This document shows, piece after piece, positions 1 through 9,402 of a DNA stretch of 64,000 bases; position 1 is the first letter of the stretch, and the number at the start of each line of letters is the position of its first letter. The notes under the pieces were generated by a model that ran no database searches, was not told where the DNA came from, and saw only the letters and a program-made list of their open reading frames with translations. Origin of the DNA: an uncultured Rikenellaceae bacterium (lineage in GTDB: Bacteria > Bacteroidota > Bacteroidia > Bacteroidales > VadinHA17); the NCBI GenBank assembly GCA_964516485.1, contig CAZEYY010000001.1, forward strand, positions 12,653 to 76,652, given 5' to 3'. The translations under genes and the position numbers were made by a program.

Positions 1-1
1 T

Positions 2-268
2 GATTCAATCCCGCCGATGAACATGTTCCGCAAACGTCCGACAACTTCGCAGGGAATAGAAATACGTCCACAGGAATTCCAGTATTTTGGTCAGCACAGA
101 ATTATTCTTTTTCATGTCCTGCCTGACTATGCCTCCCTGTATGATGAGAAGATATCAAGTTCCCAGAACCTGACCAATCCGTCAACAAGCATAGCAAACG
201 GCTATGGGATTTTTACGGGACTGAATTCCGATACCATATATATACAGGTAAACGAATCTGCCCGTTGA
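2..268 (+). CDS. C-terminal fragment of a DUF4249-like lipoprotein (5' end outside window)
   Basis: The frame is open to the window edge. The C-terminus ...NGYGIFTGLNSDTIYIQV parallels the C-terminus ...MDGYGIFAGYSSIKSDTIFP of the DUF4249-like ORF at 18092-18976. Confidence 0.5.
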   Translation, partial: DSIPPMNMFRKRPTTSQGIEIRPQEFQYFGQHRIILFHVLPDYASLYDEKISSSQNLTNPSTSIANGYGIFTGLNSDTIYIQVNESAR

Positions 269-339
269 GTGTATTTCCCTCAACCTGAGAATGGAATATC
301 AAAAGGGCTGTTCTGCTTTAGTGTGAGGGTGGCGGGAAA

Positions 340-443
340 GCTCTTTGTGAGCCTTCGTGATAACCTTGGTGTACTTTGTGGTAAATTTTAAGTTGTTGAA
401 CCACAAAGGATCACAAAGTATCGCACAAAGTCACACAAAGGGA
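340..443. repeat. Long imperfect hairpin: about 4 CTTTGTG-type units, a loop, then about 4 inverted CACAAAG units
   Basis: Read directly. The left arm is ctctttgtgagccttcgtgataaccttggtgtactttgtgg and the right arm is ccacaaaggatcacaaagtatcgcacaaagtcacacaaaggg. Related elements occur at 9273-9369 and 52483-52531. Confidence 0.6.
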
Positions 444-650
444 ATTATATTCAACAGACGCTTTTTCAACATCCGAAAATTTTAACCTTGCTATCTCACT
501 TTAATATGACTCTTAGATCGGATGATATACCTCTGAGGGCTGGTCTCATATATAAAAAGCAGTCTTCTGTATATAAAAGTAAACCAATCTTATAATTTAT
601 TTTCAAGGACTTAAACATGGATATATTTTTGATAGAAAATATTGAAATCC

Positions 651-1967
651 ATGTTATTGAGAAAAATATTAATATTATCATTCCTTGCATTTTCAGGCGC
701 ACAGCTGTATTCACAGTCTGACAGTTTATGGTCGCTTGAAAAATGCATCGACTATGCCTTCAGCAGTAATATACAGATCAGAAAAAGCGTACTTGCTGCC
801 GAACGTTCAGCCCTGTACTATGACCAGGCAAAGGCCCAGCGCTTCCCTTCAGTGAATGCAGCTGTGAATCAGAATTTCAGCTGGAAAAACTCACAGGCAG
901 CAGGTGCCGGTTACACTTATTCAAATAGCTCCGGTTATTCACTGAACAGCGGAGTTACTTTGTATAATGGTTCAAGGCTCATGAACCTGATTCGCCAGAG
1001 TGAGCTTGATATGCTCAGCAGTGAACTAACGCTCGAAACAGCCAGGGAAACAATCAGCCTGAGCATACTCGATGCATATCTGCAGGTTCTTTATGCAGAA
1101 GAACTGGTTAAAAACAGCAGGATGCAGATTGAGTCAACTGAAGGTCAGCTGAGTCTTGCGGAGGAACGACTGCGGATGAAGGTCATTTCAATGGCTGATT
1201 ACAGTCAGGTACGATCGCAGCTTGCAAGTGAGAAACTCACTCTTGCCAATTCTGAAAAACAATATGCAATAGCACGGATCAGCCTGATGCAGCTGATTGA
1301 ATTACCCGCAGATAATAATTTTGAGATTGAGCATCCTGACATGGGAAGTCTGCTTAATGAGCTAAGAAAGCCTGATGTCAGAAGTATTTATGAAACAGCC
1401 CTCGCAGTCAAACCGCAAATCAAAAACGCTGCAGTAATCAAACAGATAACTGGCCTGGATGAAAAGATTGCCAGAGCAGGTTATATCCCATCCTTAACTG
1501 CAAGCGCAGGCATTACGACAGGATTTGCGAGCGGGGGCACCGGAACATATTTTAACCAGATAAATGACGGCCTTTATCCGGCAGCCGGAATTTCCCTGGC
1601 AATACCAATATATCAGAGAAAACAGGTTAAGACCAGTATTCAGATTGCTAAAAACAGCTACTCGGAGGCCGAACTGAGTGAAACTGATACAAGGAATCAG
1701 CTCAGGAAGAGCATTGAGCAGGCCTGTGTTGATGTTACCTCTGCTCAGGCTGAATATGAAGCCAGTAATGAGAATTATATGGCAACACTTGAGTCGACAG
1801 CGCTGGCTGAAGAGAAATTCAACCAGGGAATAATCAGTTCTGTCGATTACCTCGTGTCAAAAACAAATCTGATAGTGGCTGAGAGTCAGCTGCTACAGTC
1901 GAAGTACAACCTGATCTACAGTTACAAGGTTCTTGATTTTTATGAGGGGAATCCCCTTACACTATAG
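651..1967 (+). CDS. TolC-family outer membrane efflux protein
   Basis: Signal peptide MLLRKILILSFLAFSGAQLYSQ and two OEP-type repeat halves with coiled-coil-like stretches. It is the first gene of an adaptor/ATPase/permease operon. The ORF-track start at 642 is TTG, and the ATG at 651 is preferred. Confidence 0.88.
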   Translation: MLLRKILILSFLAFSGAQLYSQSDSLWSLEKCIDYAFSSNIQIRKSVLAAERSALYYDQAKAQRFPSVNAAVNQNFSWKNSQAAGAGYTYSNSSGYSLNSGVTLYNGSRLMNLIRQSELDMLSSELTLETARETISLSILDAYLQVLYAEELVKNSRMQIESTEGQLSLAEERLRMKVISMADYSQVRSQLASEKLTLANSEKQYAIARISLMQLIELPADNNFEIEHPDMGSLLNELRKPDVRSIYETALAVKPQIKNAAVIKQITGLDEKIARAGYIPSLTASAGITTGFASGGTGTYFNQINDGLYPAAGISLAIPIYQRKQVKTSIQIAKNSYSEAELSETDTRNQLRKSIEQACVDVTSAQAEYEASNENYMATLESTALAEEKFNQGIISSVDYLVSKTNLIVAESQLLQSKYNLIYSYKVLDFYEGNPLTL

Positions 1968-1976
1968 TTTATTAAA

Positions 1977-3224
1977 ATGAAAAAGAATATGAGACGCAAT
2001 TTATTAATAGCTGCAGGAGTAATTACTGCAGTAGTAATTACAGTTCTGGCTCTTAAGCCACTTACAGCCAGTGAGAAGGCTGTTGCTTTTGAGACTGTTA
2101 AAGCCGAACGCGGGACAATTTCAAATACTGTCACTGCAACAGGAACAATTGAAGCAATAACAACTGTTGATGTGGGTACACAGGTTTCAGGAATTATTGA
2201 ACATATTTATGTTGATTTCAACGACAGGGTAAAACAGGGACAGGTGCTTGCCCGTCTTGATGAAACCCCTCTGCGGGCCCAGGTTGAACAAAGCCAGGCC
2301 AATGTCGACCAGGCTCAGGCCCAGCTCAACTTCCAGGAAGCCACTTACAACAGGTTGAAGCCATTATATGAGAAGAACCTCATAGCCCAGGCCGATTTTG
2401 ACCAGGCTGTTTTCAACCTTGAGAATGCAAAAGCCTCATTAAGCAGTTCAAAATCAGCGCTTGCAAGGGCAAAAGTCAACCTTGCCTATGCAACAATCTA
2501 TTCGCCAATCGATGGAGTTGTTCTGAACAGGGCAATAGAGGAAGGGCAGACAGTAGCAGCCAGCTTCAACACTCCGACTCTCTTCACTATTGTTAATGAC
2601 CTGACACAAATGGAGGTACAGACAAATGTTGATGAGGCAGACATAGGCAAGGTTAAGGAAGGTCAGAGAGTTGAATTCACTGTTGATGCTTTTCTTGATC
2701 TGACATTCAGGGGAACAGTGACCCAGGTAAGGCTGCAGCCTGTTACAACCAATAATGTGGTGACCTATGTAGTCATCCTCAGTGCTCCAAACCCTGAGAT
2801 GAAACTGATGCCGGGCATGACGGCTAGCACAACTATATTTGCTGAGGAAAAGGAGAACACAATAACATTATCCGGGAAGGCTCTGAGATTCACCCCAGAT
2901 CTGGAGTGGCTCAAAAAAATGGCAGATAAAGGGATGGGACCTGTTCCCGGTCAGGCAGAAAAGTTTGCGGATATGGGCGCAATACCGGCACCTCCTGCTG
3001 CCCCGGCAGGCGCAACTGACAGAAACAGAACAGTATGGGTAAAAGACGACAAGGGACTTATCCGCCCGGTGAGAATAACGACAGGTATTGAGAACGGATC
3101 AGTTGTAGAGATCCTGTCCGGTCTCAGTGAAGGCGACGAAGCTGTTATAGCAATGAATACAGGCGAGAAGAAGGAAACCGTTGTAAAGGCAGATGACAGG
3201 CCGAGAGGACCATTCCCTTTCTGA
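1977..3224 (+). CDS. Periplasmic adaptor (HlyD/MacA-like membrane fusion protein) of ABC efflux system
   Basis: N-terminal TM anchor. Biotinyl-lipoyl-like motif VGTQVSGII...V..GQVLARLD, a coiled-coil hairpin (QAQLNFQEATYNRL...) and YATIYSPIDGVV. It lies 10 nt after the TolC gene. Confidence 0.9.
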   Translation: MKKNMRRNLLIAAGVITAVVITVLALKPLTASEKAVAFETVKAERGTISNTVTATGTIEAITTVDVGTQVSGIIEHIYVDFNDRVKQGQVLARLDETPLRAQVEQSQANVDQAQAQLNFQEATYNRLKPLYEKNLIAQADFDQAVFNLENAKASLSSSKSALARAKVNLAYATIYSPIDGVVLNRAIEEGQTVAASFNTPTLFTIVNDLTQMEVQTNVDEADIGKVKEGQRVEFTVDAFLDLTFRGTVTQVRLQPVTTNNVVTYVVILSAPNPEMKLMPGMTASTTIFAEEKENTITLSGKALRFTPDLEWLKKMADKGMGPVPGQAEKFADMGAIPAPPAAPAGATDRNRTVWVKDDKGLIRPVRITTGIENGSVVEILSGLSEGDEAVIAMNTGEKKETVVKADDRPRGPFPF

Positions 3225-3258
3225 AAACAGGTTCTGACAGAAGAAAAAGCATGAAGTC

Positions 3259-4011
3259 ATGAAAAAGATAATAATAGAAATTAAAGGACTTAAGAAGGCT
3301 TACCAGGTTGGAGAGGTCACAGTAAATGCCCTCCGCGGGGTAGACCTTCAGATTGAAGACGGTGAGTTCGTGGCAATAATGGGAGCCAGCGGTTCAGGGA
3401 AATCGACAATGCTCAACATACTTGGCTGCCTCGACAAGCCATCAGGAGGATATTACAATTTTGAAGGAGTTGATGTAAACACGCTGAGCAGGGATGACCT
3501 GGCAAGGCTGAGAAATGACAAGCTCGGCTTTGTCTTCCAGGCATATAACCTGCTTCCAAGGACAACAGCTCTTGAGAATGTTGAACTGCCGCTTTTCTAT
3601 AATAACAGAATTAAGTCGAGGGAAAGGAAGGAAAGAGCCATCGCGGCCCTTGAAGCAGTAGGCCTTTCCGGCAGGATGCATCACATGCCTAATCAGCTTT
3701 CAGGAGGACAACAGCAGAGGGTTGCAATAGCCAGGTCACTTGTAAATGATCCAAGGATTATTCTTGCTGACGAACCTACCGGGAACCTCGACACAAGAAC
3801 TTCTTTTGAGATTATGGACCTTTTTCAGGATCTTAATGAAAAAGGGCGTACGATAGTTTTCGTAACTCACGAGCCTGACATTGCAAAATTCGCAGGAAGA
3901 AATGTGATCTTCAGGGATGGCCGTATTCAGAAAGAATTATATGTAACCGACAGGCTTTTTGCGAGGGATATTTTAAAAACATTGCCTGTTGAGGAGTATG
4001 TTGAAATGTAA
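3259..4011 (+). CDS. ABC transporter ATP-binding protein (MacB/LolD-like)
   Basis: Walker [10 protein letters not shown], signature [15 protein letters not shown], Walker [12 protein letters not shown] and an H-loop VTHE. Confidence 0.95.
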   Translation: MKKIIIEIKGLKKAYQVGEVTVNALRGVDLQIEDGEFVAIMGASGSGKSTMLNILGCLDKPSGGYYNFEGVDVNTLSRDDLARLRNDKLGFVFQAYNLLPRTTALENVELPLFYNNRIKSRERKERAIAALEAVGLSGRMHHMPNQLSGGQQQRVAIARSLVNDPRIILADEPTGNLDTRTSFEIMDLFQDLNEKGRTIVFVTHEPDIAKFAGRNVIFRDGRIQKELYVTDRLFARDILKTLPVEEYVEM

Positions 4012-4022
4012 AAAGCAGTGAG

Positions 4023-5243
4023 ATGAATTATTCAAATTTATTCCGGATAGCAATCAGGGCCTTGCTGAGAAATAAGCTTCGTGCGTTTCTCACAATGCTT
4101 GGCATAGTGATAGGTGTCGGATCAGTTATAGCGATGCTGGCTCTCGGAGAAGGTTCAAAAATAAGTATCAGGGAAGAGATGTCATCAATGGGCACCAACA
4201 TGGTTATGGTAATGCCCAACATGCAGCGCAGGGGAGGGGTTAGCCTCGGATCTTCAGGTTCTGTGGCTCTTAAATACAGTGATGTTATTGCACTGAGAAA
4301 TGAGGCCACCTCCCTGGCCGCTGTGTCTCCCGAGATAAGGGCCAGTGGACAGGTGATCTATGGCAATCAGAATACCCAGACAACAATTTATGGAGTAAGT
4401 GAAGAATATTTAAGTATAAAAAAACTTGAAATAAGTAACGGAAGAATTTTCAATGCACAGGAAGTTAAGGGTATGGCGAAGGTGTGCCTGCTTGGTCAGA
4501 CTGTTGCCGATGAGCTGTTTGGTGAAAACAGTGATCCTGTCGGCATGTCGATAAGGATAAAAAACCTTCCGTTCCTGGTGACAGGTGTATTGAAAGAGAA
4601 GGGTGAAAGCGGTATGGGACAGGATCAGGATGACCTGATCCTTGCCCCATACACAACAGTACAGAGGAGACTGGCCGCAATCGATTACATAAACGGAATA
4701 TTTGCTTCAGCTGTTAGTGAGGAGCGAAGCCCTGAGGCAATAAGCGAGATACAGACAATCCTGAGGCGCACACACAAAATCAAGGAATCGGAAGAGGATG
4801 ATTTCAGAACAATGTCACAGTCAGAGCTTATTGAAACTGTCTCATCTGTAACCGATATAATGACACTCCTTCTTGGCGCCATTGCAGGAATCTCACTCCT
4901 TGTTGGTGGAATAGGCATAATGAATATAATGTTCGTATCAGTTACCGAGCGTACCAGGGAAATCGGATTAAGAATGTCAATAGGAGGCAAGGGAAGGGAT
5001 ATCCTTAAGCAATTCCTGGTGGAATCGATGATGCTCAGTACCCTCGGCGGAATTCTGGGGATTATTTTCGGATACCTGATTGCAAGAATAGCAGGCACAC
5101 TGATGAGCTCAGCAGTCTTTGTGACAACACAGTCTGTAGTGCTTGCCTTCATTGTATGTTTTGTTATCGGTGTGTTTTTCGGATGGTACCCTGCAAAAAA
5201 AGCTGCGGGACTGAATCCGATTGATGCCCTGAGGTATGAATAA
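4023..5243 (+). CDS. ABC transporter permease (MacB-type, FtsX family with periplasmic domain)
   Basis: N-terminal TM, a roughly 230-aa extracytoplasmic domain, and a C-terminal 3-TM FtsX-like block (ERTREIGLRMSIGG...NPIDALRYE). Confidence 0.9.
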   Translation: MNYSNLFRIAIRALLRNKLRAFLTMLGIVIGVGSVIAMLALGEGSKISIREEMSSMGTNMVMVMPNMQRRGGVSLGSSGSVALKYSDVIALRNEATSLAAVSPEIRASGQVIYGNQNTQTTIYGVSEEYLSIKKLEISNGRIFNAQEVKGMAKVCLLGQTVADELFGENSDPVGMSIRIKNLPFLVTGVLKEKGESGMGQDQDDLILAPYTTVQRRLAAIDYINGIFASAVSEERSPEAISEIQTILRRTHKIKESEEDDFRTMSQSELIETVSSVTDIMTLLLGAIAGISLLVGGIGIMNIMFVSVTERTREIGLRMSIGGKGRDILKQFLVESMMLSTLGGILGIIFGYLIARIAGTLMSSAVFVTTQSVVLAFIVCFVIGVFFGWYPAKKAAGLNPIDALRYE

Positions 5244-5282
5244 AACAAGATTATTGGTTAAATTTGAATAAACTCAGGAAAG

Positions 5283-6392
5283 ATGAAAACGAGTTTTTTT
5301 GAAACTGGAAAGATCAAGATACTGCTGCATTTCCTTGCATGGACAATATTAATCGGTCTTCCTCTTTATTTCATTAAGAGATGGGAGATCGCTACCGACT
5401 TTATCTGGTTATATTACATTAACCTGACTATCAACGGAGTGATTTTTTACACAAACTATTTTTTCCTTGTTCCAAAGTTTTTCTTTGACGGGAAGAAATA
5501 CAGGTATTTCCTTTCGGCTGCCCTGCTGCTTGTTATGTTCTATTTCATTTCTGATTTTTCAAATAAGGCAGTCTTCAATTATGTTGTGGGTAGGCAGCCT
5601 GAAAAGCCTCCACATGAATTACGGCACGTAGCCAGGCCTGTACCTCCCGGCCCTATTCTGAGATTCCCTGTCAGGCCGCCTTTCAGGCAGATGCATCTTT
5701 TTAATTATGGCTTTACCTCACTCTTCCTTGTGTTTTTTTCACTCGGACTTAAAGTGCTTGAAAGACATTCTGCAATTGAGAAGATACAAAAGGATCTGGA
5801 GCGTGAAAAGCTGAACTCGGAGCTTGCCTTTCTCAAGAACCAGATAAGTCCTCACTTCTTCTTTAATACCCTTAATAACATTTATTCGCTCATTAGTATC
5901 AATCAGGATGATTCACAGAAAGCTGTACTGAAACTGTCGAAGCTGATGAGATATTTGCTCTATGAATCTGAAACGGATGATACGAAGCTAAGCAGTGAAA
6001 TAGAGTTTATGAATAACTATATTGACCTTATGAAGCTGAGAATGAGCGAGAAAATCAGCCTCAGTGTAAACTTCCCGAAGGAATTTGAAAATATAAGTAT
6101 TCCTCCGCTGCTTTTTATTCCTTTCATAGAGAATGCCTTTAAACACGGAGTGAGCTTCAGGGACAAATCATTCATCGATATTGACCTTATTGCATCTGAT
6201 GAGGAGATATTATTCAAATGTACAAACAGCTTGTCTATGGGAGCTAGTGGGTCTGTTGCAGATACTTCAGGTATTGGTCTTGGAAATGTGAGCAAGCGCC
6301 TTGAATTGCTGTTTCCGGGCCGGTACGATTTAAAAATCAACAGGAAAGAAGATGTTTTTGAAGTAATTCTCAAACTTAGGATGAAAACATGA
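5283..6392 (+). CDS. Sensor histidine kinase, LytS/YehU-type (His_kinase + HATPase)
   Basis: Multi-TM N-terminus. Has the motif ISPHFFFNTLNNIYSLI and a C-terminal ATPase G-box SGIGLGNVSKRLELLF. Confidence 0.85.
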   Translation: MKTSFFETGKIKILLHFLAWTILIGLPLYFIKRWEIATDFIWLYYINLTINGVIFYTNYFFLVPKFFFDGKKYRYFLSAALLLVMFYFISDFSNKAVFNYVVGRQPEKPPHELRHVARPVPPGPILRFPVRPPFRQMHLFNYGFTSLFLVFFSLGLKVLERHSAIEKIQKDLEREKLNSELAFLKNQISPHFFFNTLNNIYSLISINQDDSQKAVLKLSKLMRYLLYESETDDTKLSSEIEFMNNYIDLMKLRMSEKISLSVNFPKEFENISIPPLLFIPFIENAFKHGVSFRDKSFIDIDLIASDEEILFKCTNSLSMGASGSVADTSGIGLGNVSKRLELLFPGRYDLKINRKEDVFEVILKLRMKT

Positions 6393-7102
6393 TAAATGTG
6401 ATCGCTGTTGATGATGAGCCGCTTGCTCTCAAGCTTGTTGTAAGTTATATCGGGAAGACTCCCGAATTAAGGTTGCTTGGCAGCTTTGAGAATCCCCTCG
6501 AAGCTGCTGCCTTTGTTCCGGGATCCGATACCCAGCTTATTTTTATCGACATTCAGATGCCTGATTTGTCAGGTATAGAGTTTACAAGATCGATGCTGAA
6601 AGGTCCTAAGGTGATATTCACAACTGCCTTTGAGAAATATGCAATTGAAGGCTTCAGGCTCGAGGTTGTTGATTACCTTCTGAAACCTTTTAGCTACGAG
6701 GAGTTCCTGAAGGCAGTTCACAAGGCAGAAAGGCTTATAAAACTTGAAAAAAATATTCCTGTTAAGATTGAAGCTAATAATGAATTCCTGTTCCTGAAAT
6801 CAGATTATAAGATACGCAGGATAAACTTCAATGATATACTTTATATTGAAGGACTGAAGGAGTATGTGAAAGTTTTCACAATAGGCGATCCTAAGCCGGT
6901 ACTTTCACTCACTTCGCTGAAACTTCTTGAAACAAAGCTCCCTGCTGATAAATTCATGCGTGTGCACCGCTCATTTATTGTGAATCTTCAGAGGATAGAT
7001 ACAATAGCCCGGAGCAGGATTATTTTCGGGAAAACATACATTCCGGTAAGCGACCAGTATAAGGACAAGTTCCAGGAATATCTCGACAAGAACTTCCTTT
7101 AA
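6389..7102 (+). CDS. LytTR-family response regulator
   Basis: Receiver domain (VDDEPLA...FIDIQMPDLSG...KP) plus a C-terminal LytTR DNA-binding domain (ILYIEGLKEYVKVFT...FMRVHRSFIVNL). A 4-nt ATGA overlap with the kinase gene suggests translational coupling. Confidence 0.9.
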   Translation: MINVIAVDDEPLALKLVVSYIGKTPELRLLGSFENPLEAAAFVPGSDTQLIFIDIQMPDLSGIEFTRSMLKGPKVIFTTAFEKYAIEGFRLEVVDYLLKPFSYEEFLKAVHKAERLIKLEKNIPVKIEANNEFLFLKSDYKIRRINFNDILYIEGLKEYVKVFTIGDPKPVLSLTSLKLLETKLPADKFMRVHRSFIVNLQRIDTIARSRIIFGKTYIPVSDQYKDKFQEYLDKNFL

Positions 7103-7108
7103 AGGTAT

Positions 7109-8251
7109 CTATTGTATCTCCTGCAAAATTTTTATGATCTCTGGGATCACAGGGGCAGGTCCTCTCTTATCCCAGACGCTGCTGTAATTGGTTGCTATTG
7201 AGGTATTAAGCTGAGGAATGTACACAACCTGCGTGCCCCAGAATCCGGTGTGGGTGAAAACATCTATTCCGTTGACCTTAATCATGTACATGCCTTTCCT
7301 GTAATCCATCCTGGGCTTCTCCCTGTAGCTGACAGGAACAAGCATAGTATCAAGCGTTGACTCGTTTCGGAATACTTTCCTGTTAAAGAGAAGCTGAAAA
7401 TACCCTGCCAGATCAGAAGTCGTTGAGAGAAAACCGCCACCACCGTAAAGGTCAATGGATGGGCTGTAGTCATAAGTGTCTGCATTATCCGAATACTGAT
7501 GGATCCTGTTCTCCTTTTGCGGGGGTCTGAGCCCTTCTATCCAGGTATCTTTCAATCCATGCTTTCTGAAATTCAGCTCTTCTCTTATTGCATCATTCAT
7601 GCTTTTCCCGGTGATCTTTTCAATTATTTCACCCAGCAAAATATATCCGGTATCGGAATAACTGAATTTTTCTCCAATACCTCCTACAGGCTTTCCCCAT
7701 TCAACCGCTTTCTGCAATTGCTCGGTCCTTGTCCATTTATGGGAAGGATCTTCCTTTATCTTTATATCATAATTTTCGGATTGTGCATGGTCATACAACC
7801 CGGAAGAGTGAGACAGAAGATGTCTTATTGTTATTTTATTAACAGCATAGCCGCCCGACTCAAGAATTGCCGTATGCTCCTTCGAAATATACTTCGTGAC
7901 AGGATCATCAAGGGATAGTTTTCCGTCTTCCCAGAGCCTCAGTATCGTTGAAGCCACAAATGTTTTTGTCACGCTGGCTATCCTGAAACTCTGATCAGCT
8001 TTCATGGGAACACGGGCATCCTTATCTGAAAAACCGGCAGCACCACTCCATGAAATATTCCTGTCAGGGCATTCAACGTGTATAAGAAGTCCGGGCATAT
8101 TCTCATTTACTTCCTTATTTATAACATCCTGGAATTCTTTGTATAATGCCTGCTGGGAGTAAGCCGTACCGTTTACCGGCAGAAGAAAAAACAGCAGAAT
8201 CGGGATCCTTAGCCCTGATCGGTAATGCAGTGTATTAAGAATGTTATTCAT
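7109..8251 (-). CDS. Serine hydrolase, beta-lactamase/PBP4-related family (class C-like)
   Basis: Signal peptide. S-x-x-K motif in IASVTKTF, YSDTGY (Y-x-N-like) and an HTG triad in FTHTGFWG. Confidence 0.85.
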   Translation of the reverse strand: MNNILNTLHYRSGLRIPILLFFLLPVNGTAYSQQALYKEFQDVINKEVNENMPGLLIHVECPDRNISWSGAAGFSDKDARVPMKADQSFRIASVTKTFVASTILRLWEDGKLSLDDPVTKYISKEHTAILESGGYAVNKITIRHLLSHSSGLYDHAQSENYDIKIKEDPSHKWTRTEQLQKAVEWGKPVGGIGEKFSYSDTGYILLGEIIEKITGKSMNDAIREELNFRKHGLKDTWIEGLRPPQKENRIHQYSDNADTYDYSPSIDLYGGGGFLSTTSDLAGYFQLLFNRKVFRNESTLDTMLVPVSYREKPRMDYRKGMYMIKVNGIDVFTHTGFWGTQVVYIPQLNTSIATNYSSVWDKRGPAPVIPEIIKILQEIQ

Positions 8252-8261
8252 TGATTGTAAT

Positions 8262-9191
8262 TTATTTACTCAGACAGGCAATCATGTTTTTAATCCCTTC
8301 CCCGGCAGAAGTGGCTCCGAATCCAAAGCGTTTTTCAAATTTGCTGCTGTCGAATATATAATCCTGTTCATACTGATAAAGCATTTCAGGAAACTCTCTC
8401 ATTATCGGAATAAAAATACTAAGTAGCTTAATTAAAAATGCCGGTACTTCCTGAATCTTAGGTTTCGTCTGAAGCTCTCTGGCTATAAGTTCAATCCACT
8501 GACGTGTGCTAAGCTTTTCTTTTGTTGTCGGGACATGCCACTCCTGTCCATAGGCATCGGGTGTATTCCCCAGAACAGCAGTTGCTTTTGCTGCATCCGG
8601 GGTATAAGTGTAGGTATGTATCTTGTCGGGATTGCCGAATGCCTGCGCCTTTTTGCCTTTCATAAAATTGTCAGCCACCATTATTTTCAGAGTGCTGTTC
8701 TTATTGTCAGGTCCGTAAAAATCAGCTGCCCTGGCTATTAGTGCAGTCAGATCTCCCTTTTCAACCTGCTTCAATATCATCTCCCTTATTTGTGCTCTTA
8801 CTTTGCCTTTTTCACTCGGAGGATTTACTGCTGAGGTCTCTGTCATAAATGGAACAGAGCTTTTATCATACATATAAATATTATCAAAGAAGACCAGTTT
8901 TGCATTATGTCGTATGCATGAGTCAATTACCTGCCCCATAAACATCGGCCAGGTCTTTTTCCAGACTTTCAGGCTGTATTCAAAACCAATAGTAACATAT
9001 ACCACTGCACTTCCGGCAATTGCTTTATCAACCGACTTAAGATCACTGACGTCAGCAGCAAAAAGCTGATCAGTCTCATTTACTCTTACAGGATGCCTGC
9101 TTACAAGACGAATGTTATCAGTATAGTTTTTAAGTTCCCTTGCAAGCGGAACTCCTATGGCTCCTCCTGAACCAAGAATAGTTTGTACCAT
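8262..9191 (-). CDS. NAD(P)-binding NmrA/SDR-like oxidoreductase
   Basis: N-terminal Rossmann glycine motif ILGSGGAIG. The roughly 310-aa length is typical of atypical SDR/NmrA proteins. Confidence 0.75.
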   Translation of the reverse strand: MVQTILGSGGAIGVPLARELKNYTDNIRLVSRHPVRVNETDQLFAADVSDLKSVDKAIAGSAVVYVTIGFEYSLKVWKKTWPMFMGQVIDSCIRHNAKLVFFDNIYMYDKSSVPFMTETSAVNPPSEKGKVRAQIREMILKQVEKGDLTALIARAADFYGPDNKNSTLKIMVADNFMKGKKAQAFGNPDKIHTYTYTPDAAKATAVLGNTPDAYGQEWHVPTTKEKLSTRQWIELIARELQTKPKIQEVPAFLIKLLSIFIPIMREFPEMLYQYEQDYIFDSSKFEKRFGFGATSAGEGIKNMIACLSK

Positions 9192-9272
9192 GATTTCAAT
9201 TATTGAAAATTATTAAACTAAATTTATTGAAAATTTATTCAATTTAAGGATTGAGTTCTTTATAGTCTTAAA

Positions 9273-9369
9273 AACTTTGTGTTCACGATAGTTATCGGGA
9301 TTTGTGCCTTAGTGCCCTGGTGACTAAAAAATGCCACAAAGACTCTAAGTCACAAAGGATCACTAAGTG
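9273..9369. repeat. CTTTGTG/CACAAAG-type imperfect hairpin repeat (second copy of the family)
   Basis: Left half actttgtgttcacgatagttatcgggatttgtgccttagtgccctggtgact, an A-rich loop, then gccacaaagactctaagtcacaaaggatcactaagtg. It lies between divergent gene starts at 9191 and 9403. Confidence 0.55.
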
Positions 9370-9402
9370 TTTAATTTGTATGTGTTTAATAATAAATATA
9401 TT

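Noticed and set aside
624-631. Bacteroides-type -7 promoter box (TAnnTTTG) matches: tatttttg upstream of the TolC gene and taaatttg at 58187-58194 upstream of the AraC gene
   Set aside because: The octamer matches occur in AT-rich DNA, where they are expected by chance. No TTTG -33 element sits at the proper spacing, and the implied leaders would be only a few nucleotides long. That is not enough to report them as features.
642-650. TTG start for the TolC gene as given by the ORF track (similar alternative-start extensions at 9367, 14343, 15766, 30936, 32472, 39265, 44800, 48841 and 52306)
   Set aside because: In each case a downstream ATG immediately precedes a clean signal peptide or the conserved N-terminus. 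The upstream extension adds non-signal residues and often overlaps repeats or promoters.
4685-5248. 187-aa minus-strand ORF (and similar ones at 4028-4309 and 4465-4680)
   Set aside because: It is antisense to the FtsX/MacB permease gene, which has clear family motifs. The sequence is Ile/Ser/Pro-rich shadow translation.
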